Shown: in pieces, positions 19,377 through 25,116 of the stretch | Layout: the number at the start of each line of letters is the position of its first letter | Position numbering within the stretch: position 1 is the stretch's first letter | Assembly (NCBI GenBank): GCA_043819385.1 | Contig: JBDREW010000024.1 | Span: forward strand, 1-36,650 | Direction: 5' to 3' | DNA: 36,650 bases | DNA from: Candidatus Nealsonbacteria bacterium | Lineage (GTDB): Bacteria; Patescibacteriota; Minisyncoccia; Minisyncoccales; GWA2-38-27 | The notes under the pieces: generated by a model | Seen by the model: only the letters and a program-made list of their open reading frames with translations | Told to the model about the DNA's origin: nothing | Databases searched by the model: none | Position numbers and translations under genes: made by a program

Positions 19377-20402
19377 ATGGAAATTAGAAATAATATTACT
19401 GCAAGCATAGAAGAAAAGGAAGGGGTTGTTAGGTATGAAATACAAATGTTTCGAGAAACTTGTAGCAGAATCGCTTGCCCAAGTTTTAATTCTCTTAAAC
19501 AAATTGAAAGAAACTTATTAATTGAGTCGTTAGCTATACATACTAGAGTTTTAATGGATTTTTTCTATGGAAGTAGAAAATTGGATGATATTATAGCTCA
19601 GGATTTATTATCTGAAAACGATAATTGGGAAAAATTAAGATTACCGATAACTCAAACATTAGAAATAGCTAAAAGAAAGGCAAATAAACAGTTAGCTCAT
19701 TTAAGCTTGTCAAGAATAGAGATGAAAAGGAAAGGAAAAAAGTCGTGGGAAGATTTTGTTGAAATTTGGGGAGATATGGAAAAAGTAATAAAAAGATTTA
19801 TAAAAGTTAAAAAATTAACTGACAAACATAAAGAATATTGTATTTTTTGCGACCTTATAGAGAATGATGAGTTTCCAGAATATCAACTTATTGATAAAAA
19901 AGATGAATTTTGTATTATAATTTTAGAAAAAAATCAATATACAAAAGGGCATACATTAGTTATTCTTAAAAATCGCATAAAAGGAAATCATATAAAAGAT
20001 ATTTCAGATGAAAATTTTACAAACGAAGAAATGGCAGGGTTTATAAAAACTATTCATATGACGAGTAAAACATTAAAAAAGAATTTAAAAGATGATGATG
20101 GTAGACCTCCAGAAAGAATTTATGTATCTATTCTTTGTGACGGGACGAAACATTTACATGCTCATTTAATACCAAGATATTGTTTTACAGAAGAAGAGAA
20201 AAGTGAATATAGAAATTTTTTTGAGAGAAGAGATGGACAAAAACAAGTTAGAGAAGATATAAAAAATAATAATATTGGAGGATTTTGGTATATGTTTATC
20301 AAAGAAAGAGATTTTAATATGTCTTCTTTTGGGAAAAAATCAGAAACAGAAAAGGAAGAAGAATTTAAGAAAATTATTAAAGAAGTTAAAGGGGAGTTGT
20401 AA
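19377..20402 (+). CDS. Fusion of an N-terminal HEPN-like helical domain with a C-terminal HIT nucleotide hydrolase
   Basis: HIT part is clear (CIFC, GHTLVI, HLHAHLIP). The N-terminal ~145 aa with ES..IH.R and NKQLAH is only HEPN-like. Confidence 0.7.
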   Translation: MEIRNNITASIEEKEGVVRYEIQMFRETCSRIACPSFNSLKQIERNLLIESLAIHTRVLMDFFYGSRKLDDIIAQDLLSENDNWEKLRLPITQTLEIAKRKANKQLAHLSLSRIEMKRKGKKSWEDFVEIWGDMEKVIKRFIKVKKLTDKHKEYCIFCDLIENDEFPEYQLIDKKDEFCIIILEKNQYTKGHTLVILKNRIKGNHIKDISDENFTNEEMAGFIKTIHMTSKTLKKNLKDDDGRPPERIYVSILCDGTKHLHAHLIPRYCFTEEEKSEYRNFFERRDGQKQVREDIKNNNIGGFWYMFIKERDFNMSSFGKKSETEKEEEFKKIIKEVKGEL

Positions 20403-20470
20403 ATATTTAAAAAATAGAAATGTCAGAAATGGGGTCAGCCACCATTTATTCGGGTCTCGGGTGAGAGAAT

Positions 20471-20821
20471 AGGGGACGCTCCACTTTTAGTCGGGGTTTT
20501 AGTCATTTTGTTAAAAAACAACAAATAACAAATGAAAAATAGAAATTAGTCAAAAAGGTGATTTTTTGGTAGGATGTCAATAAAGCAAAAGGGGTGGATA
20601 GTCAACAAGATAATCTACCCCTCTTCTTATTTTAAGCTTATGATTTTTAAATATAATAAACAAATAAATAAGAAAAAATGGGAATCAATAATGAAATTTA
20701 AAGGAATGTTTGGAATTAAATTTCCAGATAAAATTTCTATTACAGAAGAAGATGAATTATACGCACAAAGAAAAGTATAAAAGGGGACGCTCCACTTTTA
20801 GTCGGGGTTTTAGTCATTTTG
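20471..20821 (+). repeat. 40 bp perfect direct repeats (20471-20510 and 20782-20821) around a short ORF
   Basis: AGGGGACGCTCCACTTTTAGTCGGGGTTTTAGTCATTTTG occurs twice. Confidence 0.92.
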
Positions 20822-21072
20822 ATTGATAATGTAAATAACAACAAAAAAATTGCTTAAAAAGCGATTTTTTTGTTATCATAGAATGTATTAAGTAATAATT
20901 AAGAATATAAAGAGGGAGAGGGGAAAGCTAAAAAAATATTTATTTGTTGTCGTGGTATGATGAGAACCCCACCCTTGAACTGCGACGAGCGAATAATTAA
21001 AGTAATAGAAGGAGTTTTCGTTTTTCCACAGAAAAAACTTGACATATATTTGTTATAACGCTATATTGATAG

Positions 21073-21162
21073 TGTACTTGTGAGGCGTCAGCCTTATTCG
21101 GCTAATTCTTAAGCTGAAGGCAAGTATAACAAAAAAACCTTCGTTAAGATGGTTTTTTTGTT
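21073..21162 (+). ncRNA. Candidate ~90 nt three-way-junction RNA convergent on the nuclease gene
   Basis: Promoter TTGACA-17-TATATT at 21039-21067. Stems TGTACTTG/CAAGTATA, TGAGGC/GCCTTA and TTCGGCT/AGCTGAA. Terminator 21128-21162. No ORF. Confidence 0.7.
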
Positions 21163-21165
21163 TAA

Positions 21166-21645
21166 TTAGTCTTCATTTAAATTTCCTTTAGATTTTCGTA
21201 TAAGTTTAATACCTCTGTATTGATTTGTTGTCCATGCTGGTATAACACTCCAAAAATGTTTCTGACCATTACCAACTTGTCTTATAATTACTTTAATTCT
21301 ATAGTTTTTGATTACAGCTATAAATCCCCAGCAACATACTACAACTGTTTCTTTAACTCTTTTTTTAAATTTCTTTTTGTCTATTTCGGTTAAACTTTCA
21401 TCATATTCTTGATAAGTAGTTGAAAGTCCAATTATATATTTAGCATTAGGGATTAATTTAAATTTCATTATTTGGTCTTCTTTTTTTCTTTCCTTTCTTT
21501 TTCTTTTATAAACAATATGATTAAATCCTTCGGGTGTAAAATGGACAAACTCGTTATTAAGAGCAGGACATTGAATACGTCCTATTTTTTTATAAAAATT
21601 ATAAGTATTTTCTTTTATTTTTTCGTAATTAGATATGTTTTGCAT
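21166..21645 (-). CDS. Basic 159 aa protein, RelE/PBECR-like (BECR fold) ribonuclease candidate
   Basis: VHF..EGFNHI helix with His and C-terminal beta meander RIKVIIRQVGNGQKHFWSVIP. Fold assignment is from pattern recognition only. Confidence 0.6.
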   Translation of the reverse strand: MQNISNYEKIKENTYNFYKKIGRIQCPALNNEFVHFTPEGFNHIVYKRKRKERKKEDQIMKFKLIPNAKYIIGLSTTYQEYDESLTEIDKKKFKKRVKETVVVCCWGFIAVIKNYRIKVIIRQVGNGQKHFWSVIPAWTTNQYRGIKLIRKSKGNLNED

Positions 21646-21793
21646 TTATAAAGTTTATCCTGTTTTATTTTAGTAGTTAATATTTTTTATATATTCAAAA
21701 AATAAAAATTGCTTAAAAAGCGATTTTTTTGTTATCATAGAATGTATTAAGTAATAATTAAAAATATAAAGAGGGGAGAGGGGAGAGCTGGCA

Positions 21794-21846
21794 GAGCCCC
21801 GACCTTTTTTCGAGAGGGAGAGGAAGTTTTGTAGAGGTCGGGTCTC
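21794..21846 (+). repeat. REP-like hairpin, family A
   Basis: GAGCCCCGACCTTT / AGAGGTCGGGTCTC with loop GAGAGGGAGAGGAAGTTTTGT. Confidence 0.88.
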
Positions 21847-21947
21847 GGAGAGGGAGAGAGAAATTAGAAATTAAAAATTACTAATTTATTATAATTATAT
21901 TGGAGTTATAATGGATATAGTGTAAGATTAAAATTAATTTTTTATTT

Positions 21948-22688
21948 ATGCATTACCAATTTTTTTTAGATGAAACTGGAGATCATGGTTTATCGTTTAT
22001 TGACCCAAATTTTCCTTTGTTTTTGTTAGCTGGTTGCCTTTTTGAATATAAAGAATTAGAAAAATTAGAAAACGAAATAAATATTTTTAAAAAAGAGTTT
22101 TTTGGAACAACAGAAGTTATTTTACATTCTCGTGATATTAGAAAATGTGAAGGTGTTTTTCAAATTTTATTTGATTTAAAAATTAAAGAAAAATTTTACA
22201 AAAGATTCAACAATATTATTAATAATACAGATTTTTCTATTATAGGTGCAGGAGTTAATAAAGAGGAGCATATTAAGAAATATAGTAAAGGAGCAAAAGA
22301 TCCTTACATTATTTCTTTGGGTTTTATTATAGAAAGATTAATTTTTTGTTTAGATTCAAAATCAAATTTAGCTGATGTTGATATTAAAATTGAAAAACGT
22401 GGCAAAAAAGAAGATAAACAGCTTTTGAGTCAATATAATACAATATTAGACAGGGGGACATATTATGTAAATCCAGAAAGATTGAAAAATAGAATTAGTG
22501 ATTTTAAATTCTTTTTCAAAAAAGACAACATAATTGGTTTACAAATTGCCGATTTATGTGCTTATCCTTTGGCTAGACATGTATTAAATTCAAAAGAGCC
22601 ATATATTCCATTTCAAATTATAAAAAACAAACTTTATTGTAATGAAAAAGGAGAGTACGATGGATATGGGCTTAAAATTTTTCCTTGA
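21948..22688 (+). CDS. DUF3800 family protein (RNase H-like fold)
   Basis: N-terminal FLDETGD, central LHSRDIR and C-terminal GLQIAD (QxxD). Confidence 0.88.
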   Translation: MHYQFFLDETGDHGLSFIDPNFPLFLLAGCLFEYKELEKLENEINIFKKEFFGTTEVILHSRDIRKCEGVFQILFDLKIKEKFYKRFNNIINNTDFSIIGAGVNKEEHIKKYSKGAKDPYIISLGFIIERLIFCLDSKSNLADVDIKIEKRGKKEDKQLLSQYNTILDRGTYYVNPERLKNRISDFKFFFKKDNIIGLQIADLCAYPLARHVLNSKEPYIPFQIIKNKLYCNEKGEYDGYGLKIFP

Positions 22689-22689
22689 T

Positions 22690-22745
22690 AAAAATAAAAA
22701 GTCCCTTTGCAGGACCTTTTACCGACTGGGAGACACCCCAATCCA
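22690..22745 (-). ncRNA. Candidate ~55 nt RNA convergent on the DUF3800 gene
   Basis: Minus-strand promoter TTGACA(22780-22775)-17-TATTAT with TG. Hairpin GAUUGGG-GUGUCU-CCCAGUC, then terminator GUCCU/GGGAC plus U tract. Confidence 0.7.
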
Positions 22746-22789
22746 TTTATTATAATATCAATATTATAATCACTTGTCAAGACTTTTTG

Positions 22790-22866
22790 ATAGGTCTAAG
22801 TGCTGGTAAAGGTATTAGCGATAGTTAAACAAATTTTTAATATCTCCCCCTACCACTCTGACCTAT
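22790..22866 (-). ncRNA. Candidate ~77 nt long-hairpin RNA with its own promoter, in tandem with the previous RNA
   Basis: Promoter TTGCAT(22899-22894)-17-TACTAT with TG. Nested stems AUAGGUC/GACCUAU, GAGUG/CACUU, GUAGGGG/CCUUUAC, GAUA/UAUC and UUAAA/UUUAA. G-U pairs form only on the minus strand. Confidence 0.65.
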
Positions 22867-22990
22867 TAATATAGTATCATATATTTTTAAAAAATGCAAT
22901 GTATCTGTGGATAACTACAAAAGAAAATGGGCAGAAAATGGGGTCAGGAGCGTTTTTAATTAAAAAGAATAAAGAGGGGGAGAACTGGCA

Positions 22991-23093
22991 GAGACCCGAC
23001 CTCTTTTAGAGAGGGAGAGGAAGTTTTGTAGAGGTCGGGTCTCGGGGGAGGAGAAAGAGGGAGAGGGAAAAGTTTGGGAGGAGGTCTGACCTC
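22991..23093 (+). repeat. REP-like hairpin, family A (22991-23043) plus a half copy
   Basis: GAGACCCGACCTCT / AGAGGTCGGGTCTC; extra arm GGAGGTCTGACCTC at 23080. Confidence 0.9.
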
Positions 23094-23259
23094 TAAATAC
23101 TTGAAAAATGGGGTCACAAAAATGGGGTCAGGAGCGTTTTAAAATGAGGTCAAGGGCGTTTTTTGTATTTTTTTTAAAAAAAACGAAGAAATGAGAAGAT
23201 ATACTTTTTAATTGATTATAATGATATAATAGAAATATAATAATCAATTAAATAAAAAT

Positions 23260-23646
23260 ATGGAGAGAATAAAACCACATTCAAAAATTATTAGATTATT
23301 TTTCTTTTGGTCTGGCATTATTGCCACATTAGCTTATCGTGTTATTATTGTTTTAAACTTTTATGATCCTTTGTGGGTAAAAGTTGCTTGGTATATTGGA
23401 ACAGTTGGTTTTATTGTTTATTTTTGGCATCGTTATGATACTCAAAAGAAAAGAGCAGAATTAGTTAGAGATTATAATTTAGTTGAATTAGTTGAAAATA
23501 CTGATTGTGGTAATAAAGAACAAAAACAAGCTCTTCATTATATTGTTAAAACAACTTTAACTTCAAAAGCAAGATATAATTCTCTTTTTATTCTTTTACT
23601 CTCTATTTTAGTTTTAGTTATTGGAATAATAATGGATATGGTGTAA
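23260..23646 (+). CDS. Hypothetical membrane protein (three predicted TM segments)
   Basis: 128 aa ORF with hydrophobic stretches and TG-TATAAT upstream. Confidence 0.8.
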   Translation: MERIKPHSKIIRLFFFWSGIIATLAYRVIIVLNFYDPLWVKVAWYIGTVGFIVYFWHRYDTQKKRAELVRDYNLVELVENTDCGNKEQKQALHYIVKTTLTSKARYNSLFILLLSILVLVIGIIMDMV

Positions 23647-23728
23647 GATTAAAATTAGTTTTTTAAAATAATTATATTCAAACAAAAATTTCAGATAAAG
23701 AAATTAGAGAACCCAACGGAGAACTAAA

Positions 23729-23908
23729 ATGACAGAGACAAAAATATATTGTCCTGAATGTGAGAAATATGTAGCTGAAATAATTGAAACAAAAGAAAAA
23801 CAATGTATTACTGATGATGGGATAAGATATAAAGAGAATATTGTATGTTGTAAATGTCAGATTTGTGGTTATAGTTGGGAAATGATTTTAACAGTAGAAC
23901 GAATTTAA
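23729..23908 (+). CDS. 59 aa zinc-ribbon protein (absent from the ORF track)
   Basis: MTETKIYCPECEKYVAEIIETKEKQCITDDGIRYKENIVCCKCQICGYSWEMILTVERI; GGAG SD at 23718-23721. Confidence 0.75.
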   Translation: MTETKIYCPECEKYVAEIIETKEKQCITDDGIRYKENIVCCKCQICGYSWEMILTVERI

Positions 23909-23953
23909 TGAAAAATAATGTTAGTTTGATTTTTTCTAAAGAAAAACTGGAAT

Positions 23954-24172
23954 GAGACCCGACCTCTCTTAGAGAGGGAGAGGAAGTTTTGTAGAGATCG
24001 GGTCTCGGGGAGGGAGAGAAAAATCAAAAATCAAAAATTAAAATGACAAATCAAAAATCAAAATAGAAAGAAGGGAAAGCTGGGAAGAGGTCAGACCTCC
24101 AGGGAGAGGGAAAAGTTTGGGAGGAGGTCAGACCTCCAAGGAGAGGAAAAATCTTTGGGGAAGTCGGGTTTT
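23954..24172 (+). repeat. Two family A hairpins (23954-24006 and 24087-24136) plus a degenerate third, separated by heptamer repeats
   Basis: GAGACCCGACCTCT/AGAGATCGGGTCTC; GAGGTCAGACCTCC/GGAGGTCAGACCTC; (AAAATCA)n between them. Confidence 0.88.
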
Positions 24173-24333
24173 GAGTAAAAGAGCAAAAAAGAGGAATTTA
24201 ATAAGACCTGAATAATTCAGGTCTTTTATATTTATTTTAGTTATGTTAAAATTTTATAAAGGTTGTATAGGTTGTAAAAATTATATTAAATTAAAAAATG
24301 TTGAGTAGTATAGATTAATTTATTAATTATTAT

Positions 24334-24373
24334 CCATCACAACCAGTTTCGTTTTTAGCGGAATGGTGTGAGG
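24334..24373 (+). repeat. 40 bp palindromic repeat, family C (second copy at 33502-33541)
   Basis: CCATCACAACCAGTT.CG.T...AGCGGAATGGTGTGAGG occurs at both sites. Confidence 0.85.
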
Positions 24374-24383
24374 ACAAGAAATT

Positions 24384-24965
24384 ATGAATAAAAAGTTTAT
24401 TATTATAGCTATTGTTTGTTTGGTCATTGCTCTAATTGGAGGAATTTTTATTTACCAAAATTCTAAAAAATCAGATAATGAAACGAATAATGAGGAAGAA
24501 ACGAATCAAGATTTAACTGCTGATTGGGTGATATATAAAAGTCCAACTAGGGGATATCAAATAAAACATCCAGCTGATTGGACAATGGATGATACTGGCG
24601 AAATTTATCAACAATCTGATGTTCTTATGGCTCCAGATAAAAATGCTGCAATTGTAATAACTATATTTCAAGACCTAAGGATATTAGAACCAAACGGAAT
24701 AGAAACTATTGTTAAAGAAGTTGAAGATGCATTTGCAAACGACCAAAATCATGTAGTTAAGACGTTTGAAAAAGGAACAGAAGGATATGTTACAGGGGGA
24801 AGTTATTCTGATGGAACTGAAAACTGGGCATTTAAAGAAGTTGGTGTTTATATGTTAGATGGAATAGGAGTTAATGTTCGAGCTAACACAAAACAAGAAA
24901 TGGCAATTAAATATGGAAAAACTCTTGATGCAATAATTGAAAGTTTTAAATCAATTGGAGAATAA
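24384..24965 (+). CDS. Membrane-anchored PsbP/DcrB-like exported protein
   Basis: N-terminal TM helix, acidic linker, W..Y....GYQIKHP.DW start and IIESFK end typical of PsbP-like domains. Confidence 0.7.
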   Translation: MNKKFIIIAIVCLVIALIGGIFIYQNSKKSDNETNNEEETNQDLTADWVIYKSPTRGYQIKHPADWTMDDTGEIYQQSDVLMAPDKNAAIVITIFQDLRILEPNGIETIVKEVEDAFANDQNHVVKTFEKGTEGYVTGGSYSDGTENWAFKEVGVYMLDGIGVNVRANTKQEMAIKYGKTLDAIIESFKSIGE

Positions 24966-25116
24966 AAAATTAGAATTAAATATTAGAAATTTTTGATTTA
25001 AAATTTATAAAAAAGACCTGAATTGTTTAGGTCTTTTTTATTTTTAAAAATTATTAGGACTTTACAAATAGATTTCAAATAGTGTAGAATGAATTAATAA
25101 TTAAATATATATTTGT

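Larger units (their letters stand above)
20845..21789 (+). repeat. ~85 bp near-identical direct repeats (20845-20929 and 21704-21789) bracketing the nuclease/RNA module
   Basis: AAAAATTGCTTAAAAAGCGATTTTTTTGTTATCATAGAATGTATTAAGTAATAATTAA.AATATAAAGAGGG..GAGGGGA.AGCT occurs twice. Confidence 0.92.

Noticed and set aside
20574-20780. 68 aa ORF as a confident gene
   Set aside because: Its 5' part overlaps a terminator-like hairpin and it has no recognisable motif; it may be a gene fragment starting at 20640.
20945-21020. Fluoride riboswitch resemblance (GATGAG..AACTGC)
   Set aside because: Lacks the conserved GAUG..GUUC.CC / GCURAUGAC pattern and has no downstream fluoride-related gene.
22906-22914. 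Replication origin at the DnaA box
   Set aside because: Only isolated boxes, with no cluster and no dnaA nearby.
21794-24172. CRISPR array or canonical integron attC array
   Set aside because: Spacing is irregular and gene-sized, no cas genes are present, and the hairpins lack RYYYAAC/GTTRRRY ends.
12531-25040. Classical tRNA-integrated element or prophage
   Set aside because: No integrase, no phage genes, and no duplicated tRNA-Gln 3' end seen at the right border.
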